Assembly (NCBI GenBank): GCA_965204735.1
Contig: OZ242008.1
Coordinates: 1,088,001-1,152,000, forward strand
DNA from: Longimicrobiales bacterium
Lineage (GTDB): Bacteria; Gemmatimonadota; Gemmatimonadetes; Longimicrobiales; Gaopeijiaceae
Direction: 5' to 3'
DNA: 64,000 nucleotides
In this document: positions 1 through 13,935 of the stretch, piece by piece
Layout of the letters: each line of letters starts with the position of its first letter
Numbering within the stretch: position 1 is the stretch's first letter
Made by a program: the position numbers and the translations under genes
Notes under the pieces: model-generated
Told to the model about the DNA's origin: nothing
Databases searched by the model: none
What the model saw: the letters and a program-made list of their open reading frames with translations, nothing else

Positions 1-2
1 GC

Positions 3-173
3 GCCGCGATCAAGGGCGCGGTCGCCTTCGTGGTCGTTCGGCGGCTGACGGGCCTCCGCCGCAAGGCCGACGCGCGGGGACCGGAGGATGTCCGCGGTCC
101 GGGCGACCACGGTCCCGGAGGCGGCCGGCGTTCCGGCGCCTCCGGTCCCTCCGACGGCAGGTCCGGACCCTGA
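3..173 (+). CDS. 3' end of a gene truncated by the window edge (membrane protein, possibly BioY-like biotin transporter)
   Basis: Frame from position 3 reads AAIKGAVAFVVVRRLTGLRRK... to TGA at 171-173. It has GC3-rich codons and a hydrophobic segment resembling the BioY C-terminus. Confidence 0.35.
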   Translation, partial: AAIKGAVAFVVVRRLTGLRRKADARGPEDVRGPGDHGPGGGRRSGASGPSDGRSGP

Positions 174-1111
174 GTCCCTCGCCGAGCCCTGGGGATGGGG
201 ACGCGGCGCTCGCCGCGCGCGCGGCCGGAGCGGACGCGGTTGCGGCCGGCGCCGCGCGCGTCGCCGTGGTGGGGGCCGGCGTCATGGGAAACGGCATCGC
301 CCACGTGTGCGCCCTTTCGGGCTTCGCCACGGCGTTGGTGGACGTGGATCCCGAAGCGCTCGACCGGGCGGTCGGCGCCGTTTCCCGCAACCTGCGCCGG
401 CAGGTCGCCAAGGGAACGATCTCCGAGGACGACGGAGAGGCCGCGCTGAAGAGGATCGAGCCGTCCACGGCCATGGACGCCGTCGCTGCGGCAAGCGTGG
501 TGGTCGAGGCAGTCCCCGAGCGGCCCGCCCTGAAGCACAAGGTGTTCGAGGAGCTGGACCGGCTGGCGTCGGCCGACGCGATCCTCGCTTCCAACACGTC
601 GTCAATCTCGATCACCGCGATCGGCGCCCGGACGAAACGCCCGGAGCAGGTCGTGGGAATGCACTTCATGAACCCCGTCCCGGTCATGAAGCTGGTCGAG
701 GTCGTCCGCGGACTCGCGACCAGCGACGCGACGGCCCGCGCAGTCGTGGAACTCTCCCGAGCGCTGGGCAAGACCCCCGTCGAGGTGCGGGACTTCCCCG
801 GCTTCGTCTCCAACCGAGTGCTGGCGCCGATGATCAACGAGGCCGTCTTCGCCCTCATGGAGGGGGTGGCGACGGCCGAGGCCATCGACTCCGTCATGAC
901 GCTGGGGATGAACCACCCGATCGGGCCCCTCGCGCTGGCGGACCTGATCGGCCTGGACACGTGCCTGAGCATCCTCCAGGTCCTGCACGCCGAGCTGGGC
1001 GACGGCCGCTGCCGCCCCTGCCCCCTCTTGCGCCAGTACGTGGCCGCAGGGTGGCTGGGCCGCAAGACCGGTCGGGGCTTCTACCGCTACGACGGCGGGC
1101 GAGCCCGGTGA
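170..1111 (+). CDS. hbd: 3-hydroxybutyryl-CoA (3-hydroxyacyl-CoA) dehydrogenase
   Basis: Rossmann motif VAVVGAGVMGNGIA, plus EAVPE, ASNTSS, GMHFMNP and HPIGPLAL. The first canonical start is GTG 266, but the frame is open to CTG 170, which overlaps the upstream stop, so the start is uncertain. Confidence 0.92.
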   Translation: MSPSPSPGDGDAALAARAAGADAVAAGAARVAVVGAGVMGNGIAHVCALSGFATALVDVDPEALDRAVGAVSRNLRRQVAKGTISEDDGEAALKRIEPSTAMDAVAAASVVVEAVPERPALKHKVFEELDRLASADAILASNTSSISITAIGARTKRPEQVVGMHFMNPVPVMKLVEVVRGLATSDATARAVVELSRALGKTPVEVRDFPGFVSNRVLAPMINEAVFALMEGVATAEAIDSVMTLGMNHPIGPLALADLIGLDTCLSILQVLHAELGDGRCRPCPLLRQYVAAGWLGRKTGRGFYRYDGGRAR

Positions 1112-2334
1112 CGGCCCTCGCCGACGAGCGGAGGGAGATCCGGGGGCTGGCCCGGGAGTTCGCCGAAGCGGAGATCGCGCCGCGGGCCGCGGCATGGGAC
1201 CGAGACGGCGCCTACGGTCGGGACGTGCTGGAGAAGCTCGGCGAGCTGGGCTTTCTGGGGATGCTGGTCCCGGAGGAGTACGGCGGCCTGGGCCTGGACG
1301 CGAGCACCTACCTCGCCGCCTTGGAGGAGCTGGCCAGGGGCGACGCCTCGGTGGCCCTGGCGGTGTCGATTCACAACGGTCCCGTCGCCCGTCTCCTCAT
1401 GGCCCACGGCAGCGCCGCGCAGAAGTCCCGATGGCTTCCCGCCCTGGCGTCGGGAGAGAAGATCGGCGGCTTCGCCCTGTCGGAGCCGGACGCCGGCAGC
1501 GACCCGGGCGGCTTGGCCACGGAAGCCCGCAGGACCGCCGACGGGTGGACCATGAGCGGCGTCAAGCGTTGGGTGACCAACGGCGGGCGCGCCGACGTGG
1601 TCTGCGTCTTCGCGAGGACGGACGAAGGCGGCGACGGCTCGTCCACGGACCCCGATGCGTCCCCAAGCCCGCGGACCGACGCCGACTCGCGCGCCGCGCC
1701 GATCGGGGCCTTCCTCGTGGAGACGGACGCCGAAGGCTACCGGCCCGGCCGCCGGGAAAAGACGATGGGACTCCGGGCGTCCGAGACCGTGGAGGTGGCG
1801 CTGGACCGGGTTCGCCTGGAACCGGACCGCCTTGTGGGAAGCCGAGCGAAGGGGCTGGGCCACGCCCTCGGCGCCATCGACCTGGGCCGGCTCGGGATCG
1901 CGGCGCAGGCCGTCGGAATCGCCCAGGCCGCCTTGGAGCACGCGGCGTCGTACGCGGGGCAGCGGCGCCAGTTCGGCCGTCCCATCGCGGCGTTCGGGGC
2001 GGTTCGCAGCAAGCTGGCGGTCATGGCCACCCGCATCGCCGCCTCCCGCGCCCTGCTCATGGAGGCGGCCCGAGCCTGGGAGAGTTCTCCGCCGGGGCCG
2101 TCGGCCGCGCTCTGGCCCGCGATGGCCAAGCTTCAGGCCAGCGAGACGGCTGCGTGGGTCACCGACCAAGCCGTGAACGTGCTGGGCGGGTGCGGCTTCA
2201 TGAGGGAGTTTCCCGTCGAACGGCTCATGCGGGACGCGAAGGCCACCGAGATATACGAAGGGACCAGCGAGATCCTCCGCATGGTGATCGGACGGTCCGT
2301 CACGGACAAAGGAAGGCAAGCATGGCAGTCATGA
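1108..2334 (+). CDS. acyl-CoA dehydrogenase
   Basis: Motifs [42 protein letters not shown] and [12 protein letters not shown] overlap with the hbd stop. Confidence 0.93.
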   Translation: MTALADERREIRGLAREFAEAEIAPRAAAWDRDGAYGRDVLEKLGELGFLGMLVPEEYGGLGLDASTYLAALEELARGDASVALAVSIHNGPVARLLMAHGSAAQKSRWLPALASGEKIGGFALSEPDAGSDPGGLATEARRTADGWTMSGVKRWVTNGGRADVVCVFARTDEGGDGSSTDPDASPSPRTDADSRAAPIGAFLVETDAEGYRPGRREKTMGLRASETVEVALDRVRLEPDRLVGSRAKGLGHALGAIDLGRLGIAAQAVGIAQAALEHAASYAGQRRQFGRPIAAFGAVRSKLAVMATRIAASRALLMEAARAWESSPPGPSAALWPAMAKLQASETAAWVTDQAVNVLGGCGFMREFPVERLMRDAKATEIYEGTSEILRMVIGRSVTDKGRQAWQS

Positions 2335-3467
2335 CGGTTGTTGCGGACGCCGAGGCGGCGGACGCTTCCACGAAGGCGGGGTTCCGCAGCCGGATGGGCG
2401 TCTTCGACATGATGGCGCGCCGCCGCCACGAGCAGGTCGCGTTCTGGAGCGATCCGGAGTCGGGCTACAAGGGCATCATCGCCGTCCACGACACGACGTT
2501 GGGTCCGGCGCTGGGCGGAACTCGCTTCTGGAACTACGGCAGCGAGGAAGAGGCGCTCGTCGACGCCCTGCGGCTCTCCCGGGGCATGACCTACAAGGCC
2601 GCCATCACGGGCCTGGACCTGGGCGGCGGCAAGTCGGTGATCGTGGGCGACAACCGAACCCCCGCCCGCGAGGCGATCTTTCGAGCCCACGGGCGGGCCG
2701 TCAACGCCCTGGGAGGCCGATACGTCACCGCAGAGGACGTGGGCACTTCGGTTCACGACATGGAGTTCGTCCGTCGCGAGACCGACCACGTGGTGGGACT
2801 GCTGGGCCGTTCGGGGGACCCGTCGCCCGTCACCGCCTACGGCGTCTACGTGGGGATCAAGGCGTGCGCCAAGGAGCGCTGGGGAGACGACTCCCTGGGC
2901 GGCAGGCACGTGGCCGTGCAGGGCCTGGGCAATGTCGGGCTCAACTTGTGCCGGTACTTGGCCGAGGAAGGCGCCCGGCTCACCGTCGCCGACATCCGCC
3001 CGGAGCGGGTCTCGCGGGCGACGGCCGAACTGCCCGATACCAGCTCGGCGCCGCCCGCCGACATCTACGGCGTGGACGCGGACGTGTTCGCTCCCTGCGC
3101 CCTGGGCGCCGTGATCAACGACGACACGCTGAAGGTCCTGCGGGCCGGCGTCGTTGCGGGAGCAGCCAACAACCAGCTGGCGGACGGTCGCCACGGCGAG
3201 GAGGTGCACCGCCGGGGAATCGTCTTCGCCCCCGACTACGTGATCAACGCCGGCGGGCTGATCAACGTCTACGGCGAGATCAAGGGATGGGACCGGGAGC
3301 GGGGCAAGCGGCAGGCCGGCTCGATCTACGACACCCTCCTGCGCATCTTCCGCCTGTCCCGAGAGGAGAACGTGCCCACCAACGTGGCCGCCGACAGGGT
3401 CGCGCTGGAGCGCCTGGGCGAAGCCCGAGCGGCGCGGGGCGCCGGCGTGCGGGGCAACGGGACGTAG
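2322..3467 (+). CDS. Glu/Leu/Phe/Val dehydrogenase (leucine dehydrogenase-like)
   Basis: Motifs [53 protein letters not shown] and [18 protein letters not shown] upstream. Confidence 0.93.
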   Translation: MAVMTVVADAEAADASTKAGFRSRMGVFDMMARRRHEQVAFWSDPESGYKGIIAVHDTTLGPALGGTRFWNYGSEEEALVDALRLSRGMTYKAAITGLDLGGGKSVIVGDNRTPAREAIFRAHGRAVNALGGRYVTAEDVGTSVHDMEFVRRETDHVVGLLGRSGDPSPVTAYGVYVGIKACAKERWGDDSLGGRHVAVQGLGNVGLNLCRYLAEEGARLTVADIRPERVSRATAELPDTSSAPPADIYGVDADVFAPCALGAVINDDTLKVLRAGVVAGAANNQLADGRHGEEVHRRGIVFAPDYVINAGGLINVYGEIKGWDRERGKRQAGSIYDTLLRIFRLSREENVPTNVAADRVALERLGEARAARGAGVRGNGT

Positions 3468-3478
3468 GTCGCCAAGTC

Positions 3479-4774
3479 ATGGACGACCTTGCCCGGTGCG
3501 ACCCCCAGGTCCACCGCGCCGTCGCCGGCGAGACGGCGCGCCAGCTGACTCACCTGGAGATGATCGCCAGCGAGAACTTCGTGTCGCCCGCGGTTCGCGA
3601 GGTCACGGGCAGCGTGTTCACCCACAAGTACGCCGAGGGCGTCCCCGGTCGGCGCTACTACGGCGGCTGCGAGTTCGCCGACCAGGCGGAGGAGCTGGCT
3701 CGCGCCCGCGCCACCGCCCTCTTCGCCGCCGACCACGCCAACGTCCAGCCCCACTCCGGCGCCCAGGCCAACATGGCCGGCTACTTCGCGTTCCTCGACC
3801 CCGGCGACCGCATCCTGGGAATGAACCTGAGCCACGGCGGCCACCTCACCCACGGCTCGCCGGTCAACTTCAGCGGCCGATACTTCGACGTGACTGCCTA
3901 CGGGGTGCGGGAGTCCGACGGCCGACTGGACTACGACGCGGTCCGGGACGCGGCCCTGCGCACCCGCCCCAAGATGATCGTCGCCGGCGCGTCGGCCTAC
4001 CCGAGGATCATCGACTTCGCGGCCTTCGGCGAGATCGCCCGCGAGGCGTGCGCGACGCTGCTGGTGGACATGGCCCACGTCGCCGGGCTCGTGGCCGGGG
4101 GGCATCACCCTACTCCGGTCCCCCACGCCGACGTGGTCACCACGACCACCCACAAGACCTTGCGGGGGCCGCGGGGCGGCATGATCCTTTGCCGCGCCGA
4201 GCACGCGAAGTCGATCGACAAGATGGTCTTCCCCTGCATCCAGGGCGGACCGTTGCTCCACGTGATCGCAGCCAAGGCGGTGGCGCTGGGCGAGGCGCTC
4301 GCTCCCGGCTTCGGCGAGTACGGGCGCCGGGTGGTGGAGAACGCCCGCGTGCTGGCCGACGCCCTGCTGGAGAGAGGCGTGCGGCTGGTGTCCGGCGGCA
4401 CCGACACCCACCTCCTTCTGGTGGACCTCGGCGACGCCGACCTGACCGGCAAGGACGCCGAAGAGGCGCTGGGCCGGGCGGGGATCGCCGTCAACAAGAA
4501 CACGGTGCCGGGCGAGACCCGGTCTCCCTTCGTCGCTTCGGGCCTCCGGATCGGCACCCCCGCCCTCACGACCCGGGGAATGGGACCCGACGAGATGCGG
4601 AGGGTGGGAGGCTGGATCGCCGACGTGATCGAGAACGCGACCAGCGAGACCGTCGTCGCCCTCACCCGCCGGAAGGTCGAGGATCTCTGCCGCGCGTTCC
4701 CTCTCTTCCGGCCCGACTCGGCAGGCGGCGCCGTCGCCGGCGCGACCAGCGGCGCCGACTTGGCGGAGGCGTAG
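3479..4774 (+). CDS. glyA: serine hydroxymethyltransferase
   Basis: Motifs [38 protein letters not shown] and the PLP-lysine motif [13 protein letters not shown]. Confidence 0.97.
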   Translation: MDDLARCDPQVHRAVAGETARQLTHLEMIASENFVSPAVREVTGSVFTHKYAEGVPGRRYYGGCEFADQAEELARARATALFAADHANVQPHSGAQANMAGYFAFLDPGDRILGMNLSHGGHLTHGSPVNFSGRYFDVTAYGVRESDGRLDYDAVRDAALRTRPKMIVAGASAYPRIIDFAAFGEIAREACATLLVDMAHVAGLVAGGHHPTPVPHADVVTTTTHKTLRGPRGGMILCRAEHAKSIDKMVFPCIQGGPLLHVIAAKAVALGEALAPGFGEYGRRVVENARVLADALLERGVRLVSGGTDTHLLLVDLGDADLTGKDAEEALGRAGIAVNKNTVPGETRSPFVASGLRIGTPALTTRGMGPDEMRRVGGWIADVIENATSETVVALTRRKVEDLCRAFPLFRPDSAGGAVAGATSGADLAEA

Positions 4775-4787
4775 CGCGGGTGCAAGA

Positions 4788-5204
4788 TTGACGTCCATGA
4801 GCGTTCCCAACTCGGGCAAGGAAACCCTGGCCAAGCTGCGGCAGCGGAACCCCCGGTTCCACGGCCGCGCCTACGCCTTCGTGCTCGAGGCGCTCCACGC
4901 GGTGATCGAGGGGATGGACGAGCGGCGCCACATCTCCGGCGAAGAGCTGGCGGAGGGCGTGCGGGGCTTGGCGATGGAGCGCTTCGGCCCCACGGCCCGC
5001 ATCGTCCTGGAGCATTGGGGGGTTCACTCCACCGAAGACCTGGGCGACATCGTGTTCGCGCTGGTGGAGATCGGCGTCCTCGTGAAGCAGGACGACGACA
5101 AGCCCGAGGACTTCCGCGACCTCTTCGACTTCGAGGAGGTGTTCGAGCGCGACTACCCCTGGACGGCCGGACCGTGGACGGTGGCGTCGCAGGCGGGCGA
5201 GTGA
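4788..5204 (+). CDS. conserved hypothetical protein, Minf_1886-like family
   Basis: Motif HISGEEL..FGPTARIVLEHWGVHSTEDLGDIVFALV..EDF.D.FDF, recognised by eye. Alternative ATG at 4797. Confidence 0.75.
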   Translation: MTSMSVPNSGKETLAKLRQRNPRFHGRAYAFVLEALHAVIEGMDERRHISGEELAEGVRGLAMERFGPTARIVLEHWGVHSTEDLGDIVFALVEIGVLVKQDDDKPEDFRDLFDFEEVFERDYPWTAGPWTVASQAGE

Positions 5205-5315
5205 TAGCTTTAGCTTGTCCATTCCAAGCGGTCCGAAGCGCCAACGGGCCGAGTCGCGAACTTGCCGAAGCAGCGGCCGCTTCCACGGCCCTCTCGGCCG
5301 ACCATTGGCGGGGGG

Positions 5316-5522
5316 TTGAACAGCAAGGTGGAGGAGATCGGCTTTCCAGCGTGTCGAAAGTGCGACCAGGGAGTCCTGCTCCCCATGTCGGACTACGGCA
5401 GGGACGGAGCGCCCATCCGCTTCAAGGCGTGGGTCTGCTCGAGTCCGGTGTGCGGGTTCAACATCCGCATAGACAACGGCGAGATCACCTACGGCGGATC
5501 GATCGGACAGAGCTACAAGTAG
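5316..5522 (+). CDS. small putative zinc-ribbon protein
   Basis: CRKC...WVCSSPVC in about 68 aa with coding-like codon usage. TTG start after a G-rich RBS; the start is uncertain. Confidence 0.65.
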   Translation: MNSKVEEIGFPACRKCDQGVLLPMSDYGRDGAPIRFKAWVCSSPVCGFNIRIDNGEITYGGSIGQSYK

Positions 5523-5541
5523 AGGAACCACCACTCCCGCC

Positions 5542-7125
5542 ATGAGCGCGGCCCGTCGCGACGGGCCGTTCGGGCGACCGGAGGTCGAGGCTCCCACTTC
5601 CGCCCAAGCGGCTCGGCACGACCGCGTGTCGATCCAAGAGCGCGGCGTGCCCGAATCCGCTCTGATGGAGAACGCGGGGCGGCAAGCGGCCTTGATCGTC
5701 CAGCGCATCTTTCCCCACGGCCGAGTGGTGGCGCTGGCGGGGTCCGGCAACAACGGAGGAGACGCCCTCGTGTGCGCGCGGGCCTTGGCGGCGTGGGGAC
5801 GACCGGTGGCCGCCGTGGTGGTGGGAAGGCGGCCCCGTCCCGACCCAGTTCTCCACGGCTGGGAGCTGCCGTGCCGGATCGGCTGGGCCGGCGAGGACGC
5901 CCTGGCCGGGGCCTCGGTCGTGATCGACGGACTTCTGGGCACGGGGATCCGAGGCGCGCCGCGGGGGCAGTGCGCGGAAGCGATCGAGGCGCTGAACCGC
6001 TCGCCGGCGCCGGTCGTGGCCCTGGACGCGCCCTCCGGCGTGGACGGCGCCAGCGGGCGGGTTCCGGGAGCGGCGGTGAGCGCGGACGTGACCGTGGCCT
6101 TCGGCTGGCCGAAGCTGGGGACCCTCCTCTACCCCGGTCGGGAGCGAAGCGGGCGGATCGTTGCGGTGGAGATCGGCTTCCCGCCGCGGGACGGCGCCGA
6201 GGGCGGCAGGGACGACGGCGCCGAGCCCTGGGCGCAGCTGCTGACTCTCGGCTGGACGTCCCGCGCGCTCCCGCGCCGCCCTCCGTCCACGCACAAGAAC
6301 GCCGTGGGCGCGCTGACGGTCGTGGCGGGCTCGGCGATGCCGGGCGCGGCCGTGCTGGCGGTCCGATCCGCCTTCCGGTGCGGCGTCGGCCTGGTGCGGA
6401 CGTGCGGCACGGAGCTGCTGGGGGAGCTTCTCGCCGCCGTCCCCGAGGCGCTGTACGTGGACGCCGTCGACGAGGACGCCCTGGGGCGCGCCGTGACGGC
6501 CTGCCGCGCGCTGGTGGTGGGGCCGGGGCTGGGCACGGACGAGGCGGCACGCCGGCAGCTGGGCGCGGCGCTGACCGCCCGAGGCGAGAGGCCCGTCGTG
6601 GTGGACGCCGACGCGCTGACGCTGCTGGCCCAGGGCGCGGCAGGAGGCATGGCCGGGCTCGCCGGCGGGCCGGCGGTCGTGACGCCCCATCCGGGAGAGA
6701 TGGCCCGCCTCCTCGGCTGCGCCGCCGAGGACGTGCAGGGCGACCGGGTCGCGGCGGCCAAGGGCCTTGCCGAGAAGCACGGCGTGACGGTGCTGCTCAA
6801 GGGGGCGCCTGCGCTGGTGGCGACGCCGGGAGGACGGCTGCTGGTGGCCGCCGTGCAGGAGACCTCGGCGCTGGCGGTGGCCGGGATGGGCGACGTGCTC
6901 GCCGGCGCGACGGGAGCGTTCCTGGCGCAGGGAGCGGACGTCGCCGAGGCGGCCGGGCTGGCCCTGGAAGTGACCGGGCGCGCGGCCTCGGGGCTGGGGC
7001 TCGGGCCGGCGCTCGTCCCGTCCGACGTGGTGGAGGCGGTTCCCGCCGCCTTGGCCCGGCGCGGCGCCGGCGTCACCGACCTGCCCTTCCCGTTCGTGAC
7101 CTTCGACCAGGACCAGCCCCGCTGA
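5542..7125 (+). CDS. nnr: bifunctional NAD(P)HX epimerase/dehydratase
   Basis: YjeF-N motifs LMENAG, GSGNNGGD, DGLLGTG and DAPSG. YjeF-C motifs GPGLG, VDADAL, TPHPGEMARL and AGMGDVLAG. Confidence 0.93.
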   Translation: MSAARRDGPFGRPEVEAPTSAQAARHDRVSIQERGVPESALMENAGRQAALIVQRIFPHGRVVALAGSGNNGGDALVCARALAAWGRPVAAVVVGRRPRPDPVLHGWELPCRIGWAGEDALAGASVVIDGLLGTGIRGAPRGQCAEAIEALNRSPAPVVALDAPSGVDGASGRVPGAAVSADVTVAFGWPKLGTLLYPGRERSGRIVAVEIGFPPRDGAEGGRDDGAEPWAQLLTLGWTSRALPRRPPSTHKNAVGALTVVAGSAMPGAAVLAVRSAFRCGVGLVRTCGTELLGELLAAVPEALYVDAVDEDALGRAVTACRALVVGPGLGTDEAARRQLGAALTARGERPVVVDADALTLLAQGAAGGMAGLAGGPAVVTPHPGEMARLLGCAAEDVQGDRVAAAKGLAEKHGVTVLLKGAPALVATPGGRLLVAAVQETSALAVAGMGDVLAGATGAFLAQGADVAEAAGLALEVTGRAASGLGLGPALVPSDVVEAVPAALARRGAGVTDLPFPFVTFDQDQPR

Positions 7126-7172
7126 GCCGGGCGCCCGTGCCGCCCGCCCGCGCCGCGTCGGCCCCGGACTCG

Positions 7173-10706
<3,534 letters not shown>

Positions 10707-10732
10707 GGCCCGATCCCCGGCTAGGCGGGCGT

Positions 10733-11740
10733 CTAGGCGCCGACCTCGGCGGACGAGGCTCCTTGGGCGGCGTCTGAAGCCTCGGCCGGCGCGTCGTCGG
10801 TTCCCGCGTCGCCCTCGGGAGCGCTGCCCGCGGCCAACGCCTTGCGGGCTCCTTCCAGCAAGTCCTCCGCGCTGCCCGACCGAAGGGCCTTCGCCACATC
10901 GGCGCCGTGCAGCCCGAAGCGGGCGGCCAGCGCTTCCAGCTCGCCGACGGAGCGCTTCCCGCTCGTGCCCGCTTTCCCGCCGCCCGCGCCCCCCGACTTC
11001 TCCAGGAACGGGGCGAAGAGATCCACCGGCACGGGAAAGAGGGTGGTGGAGTTGTTCTCCGCCGCCACTTCCACCACGGTCTGGAGGAAGCGCAGCTGGA
11101 GCGCCGTGGGGTGCTCGGAGAGGATATGGGCGGCCGACGACAACTTCTTCGAAGCCTGGAATTCGCCCTCGGCGGCGATCACCTTGCCCCGCCTCTCCCG
11201 CTCGGCCTCGGCTTGCTTGGCCATCGCCCGCTTCATCTCCTTGGGCAGGTCGATGTCCTTGATCTCGACGCTGGTGACCTCGATGCCCCAGGGGTCGGTC
11301 TCCAAGTCGATGATCCGGCGCACGATCTCGTTGATCCGTTCCCGTTGGGCCAGCAGCTCGTCGAGCTCCGACTGCCCCACCACGCTTCGCAAGGTGGTCT
11401 GGGCGATCTGGCTGGTGGCGAAGTAGTAGTCCTCCACCTCCACGACGGCCTTGGAAGGGTCCACCACGCGGAAGTACACCACCGCGTTGACGGTGCAGCT
11501 CACGTTGTCCTTGGTGATCGTGTCCTGGGGCGCGATGTCGAGGGCGATGATGCGCAGGTCCATCTTCCGCATCCGCTCGACGCCGTAAGGCACCAGGAAG
11601 ACCAAGCCGGGGCCCTTCGCCCGGGTCAGCTTGCCCAGGCGGAAGACCACGCCCCGTTCGTACTCCCAGAGGATGCGGAGCGAACTCAAGACGCCCGTGA
11701 GGGCGAACGCCCCCGTCCCGATCAAGAATGCGAGTTCCAT
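10733..11740 (-). CDS. SPFH/stomatin-like (slipin) protein
   Basis: Motifs [43 protein letters not shown] and [17 protein letters not shown] before ATG 11740. Confidence 0.92.
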   Translation of the reverse strand: MELAFLIGTGAFALTGVLSSLRILWEYERGVVFRLGKLTRAKGPGLVFLVPYGVERMRKMDLRIIALDIAPQDTITKDNVSCTVNAVVYFRVVDPSKAVVEVEDYYFATSQIAQTTLRSVVGQSELDELLAQRERINEIVRRIIDLETDPWGIEVTSVEIKDIDLPKEMKRAMAKQAEAERERRGKVIAAEGEFQASKKLSSAAHILSEHPTALQLRFLQTVVEVAAENNSTTLFPVPVDLFAPFLEKSGGAGGGKAGTSGKRSVGELEALAARFGLHGADVAKALRSGSAEDLLEGARKALAAGSAPEGDAGTDDAPAEASDAAQGASSAEVGA

Positions 11741-11878
11741 TGGGGGTTCTCCTTGGGTGGAGGCAATCCTGCGGGAGTGCGGGCGCTCGGGCGCCGGCCC
11801 GCCGAACACTCCAGGCGCCGGCCCCGCCACGACGCTTCCAGGGGCGCGCGACACTCCCAATAGGCGGAAGGCGCCGGC

Positions 11879-11965
11879 GGTTGACAAGTCCGGGGAGCAA
11901 GTCCGGGGGGCCGAGCAAGTCCCGCAAGTCCGGGGGGTCCAGGTTGACAAGTCCGGGGGGCCGAG
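11879..11965 (+). repeat. CAAGTCC(GGGG) motif x5, including two GGTTGACAAGTCCGGGG copies; probable tRNA promoter region
   Basis: CAAGTCC at 11885, 11898, 11916, 11925 and 11948. TTGACA at 11881 and 11944. Confidence 0.8.
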
Positions 11966-11983
11966 GGAGCTTTCCTCTCCCTC

Positions 11984-12057
11984 GCCGGAGTAGCTCAGCT
12001 GGTTAGAGCAGCGGAATCATAATCCGCGTGTCGGGGGTTCGAGTCCCTCCTCCGGCA
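11984..12057 (+). tRNA. tRNA-Met (CAT), elongator-type; CCA not encoded
   Basis: GCCGGAG/CTCCGGC acceptor stem, anticodon arm GCGGA-ATCATAA-TCCGC and GTTCGAGTC T-loop. G1-C72 is paired, so it is not fMet. Confidence 0.93.
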
Positions 12058-12123
12058 TCGAGTCCTTCCTGTCGGCACGTCTGGCACCTTCGTCTCTTCT
12101 CCCGGTGAAGCCTTGGAGCAGAT

Positions 12124-13935
12124 ATGCTGACGCGCGAGGCTCGCGGCAGACGTTCCCGGGCCCGCGAGCCGCTGGCCCGGCGCGTTCGCCTGGAGACGCC
12201 CGAGCACGTTCGGCTGGGCTACGACTTGGCCGACCTGGGCTCGCGCTTCACGGCGATGGCGGTGGACTTGGCGATCATGATCGTCGCCGCGACCGTCTTG
12301 GCGCTGTCCGCCCTCCTGCTGGGGCGGCACGTCGCCGGGACCGTCCTGCCCGAGTACGGGCCGGCGACGGTGTGGGCGCTGGCCACGATCGGTCTCTTCG
12401 TCGTGCTGTGGGGCTACTTCGTCCTCTTCGAGGCGTTCTGGGACGGCCGCACGCCGGGCAAGCGGCTGCTGGGCCTGCGAGTTCTCCACTCGGGAGGGCA
12501 GCCGTTGTCGCCGAGGGGCTCGGTCGTCCGCAACCTGCTGCGCGTGGTGGACCTGCAGCCCGGGGTGTCGGGGGTCGTCGGCGGCGCCTGCATGATGCTG
12601 AACCGCCGGACCCAGCGGCTGGGGGACTTGGCCGCCGACAGCATCGTGGTGCGGGACCGGGGCGGCGGGGACATCCCCTGGCCGGAGTCGCCCAACGTCG
12701 CCGTCCGGGGTCGACCGCTTCTCTCGGAAGAGCAGTTCGCGCTCCTCTCCGGCTTCGTGCGGCGGCGGGAGGGACTGGCGGCGGAAGTCCGGCGGCGGTT
12801 GGAGCGCTCGGTGATCGAGGCGCTGCGGCCCGTGCTGGAGGGCCACCCGAAGGCGGACGGCGTCCCCGACGGCGAGTTCCTGGGGGCGCTTCACGACGAG
12901 GAGGCGGCTCGGCGGGGCAGCGCGGCCGAGGGCTGGGACCTCCAGGCGGCGGCGCTGGTGCGCGGACGCAAGCCGGAGTGGGACGCCTACCGCGAGCTGG
13001 TGGGCGACGCCCGGAAGCGGGGCCTTCACGAGCTCTCGGAGCCGAAGGTGCGAAGCTTCGGACGGCTCTACCGCTCGGTCGCGGCGGACTTGGCCCGGGC
13101 CCGGGCCTACCGGGCGCCGGCGGGCGTGGTCTTCGGCTTGGAGAAGTGGACCGGGGCCGGTCACAGCCTCCTGTACCGGGCCAGGCGGACATCGGTCAAG
13201 CCGGTGGGGCGCTGGCTGGCGTCGAGACTTCCTCGGGCGGTCCGGCGCAGCTGGCGGAGCGTGGCCCTGGCGGCGCTCCTCCTCTTCGGTCCCATGGCCG
13301 CGACGTACCGCGCGGTTCGGGCCGATCCCGCCCTTGCCCGGTCGATCATGCCGGCCGAGATGCTCGCCCGCGCGGAGAACACGCCGCAGGGCGAGATCGA
13401 CGCCCAGTACCTGGACGTGCCCAGCGGAGCCATGCCCATGCTGGCCTCGGGCGTCATGGTCAACAACCTGGGCGTCGCGTTCACGGCGTTCGCGGGCGGG
13501 ATGCTCGCCGGGGCGGGCACGGTCCTGCTGCTCGTGGTGAACGGCGTCTTCCTCGGGGCGGCGTTCGGCCTCTACGCCAACCAGCAGGTCCTGGGCGTGA
13601 TCCTGGCCTTCGTGTCGCCCCACGGCGCCCTGGAGCTGACGGCGATCTGCCTGGCGGGAGCGGCCGGGCTGACGCTGGGGTCGGCCCTGCTGATTCCCGG
13701 GCGGCGGACGCGGCCGACGGCGCTGGTGGAACGAGGTCGGGCGGCCCTCTCGCTGCTGGCCGGATCGGCGGCGCTCCTCGTCGTGGCCGGCGTAGTCGAA
13801 GGGTTCTACTCGCCCTCGGCGCTGCCGGCCGTCGCCAAGTTCGCCTTCGGCGCAGCCAGCGCGGCGCTGCTGGCGGTCTACTTGGGAACCGCCGGTCGGG
13901 AGCCTTCCAGACCTAGAGCAGCCCCCGCTCCTTGA
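12124..13935 (+). CDS. RDD domain / stage II sporulation protein M (DUF95) fusion membrane protein
   Basis: N-terminal RDD motifs SRFTAMAVD, GRTPGKRLLGLRV and QRLGDLAA. C-terminal SpoIIM-like NNLGVAF..VNG..PHGALELTAI with multiple TMs. Confidence 0.85.
   Translation: MLTREARGRRSRAREPLARRVRLETPEHVRLGYDLADLGSRFTAMAVDLAIMIVAATVLALSALLLGRHVAGTVLPEYGPATVWALATIGLFVVLWGYFVLFEAFWDGRTPGKRLLGLRVLHSGGQPLSPRGSVVRNLLRVVDLQPGVSGVVGGACMMLNRRTQRLGDLAADSIVVRDRGGGDIPWPESPNVAVRGRPLLSEEQFALLSGFVRRREGLAAEVRRRLERSVIEALRPVLEGHPKADGVPDGEFLGALHDEEAARRGSAAEGWDLQAAALVRGRKPEWDAYRELVGDARKRGLHELSEPKVRSFGRLYRSVAADLARARAYRAPAGVVFGLEKWTGAGHSLLYRARRTSVKPVGRWLASRLPRAVRRSWRSVALAALLLFGPMAATYRAVRADPALARSIMPAEMLARAENTPQGEIDAQYLDVPSGAMPMLASGVMVNNLGVAFTAFAGGMLAGAGTVLLLVVNGVFLGAAFGLYANQQVLGVILAFVSPHGALELTAICLAGAAGLTLGSALLIPGRRTRPTALVERGRAALSLLAGSAALLVVAGVVEGFYSPSALPAVAKFAFGAASAALLAVYLGTAGREPSRPRAAPAP

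Noticed and set aside
88..4774. Apparent N-terminal fusions in ORFs 88-2334, 1194-3467 and 2864-4774
   Set aside because: The extensions overlap upstream real genes in other frames. True starts are at 1108, 2322 and 3479.
11984..12057. Initiator tRNA-fMet or tRNA-Ile2
   Set aside because: The paired G1-C72 and lack of three consecutive G-C pairs in the anticodon stem argue against fMet. The overall sequence resembles elongator Met; Ile2 is not fully excluded without a covariance model.
11984..12124. tRNA-anchored genomic island or prophage
   Set aside because: No integrase, no duplicated tRNA 3' end seen and no compositional shift in the downstream genes.
12124..13935. Evidence for sporulation (SpoIIM) or conjugation (VirB10-like domain at 31.6-32.4 kb)
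   Set aside because: Both domain families occur widely outside those processes, and no other sporulation or T4SS genes are in the window.
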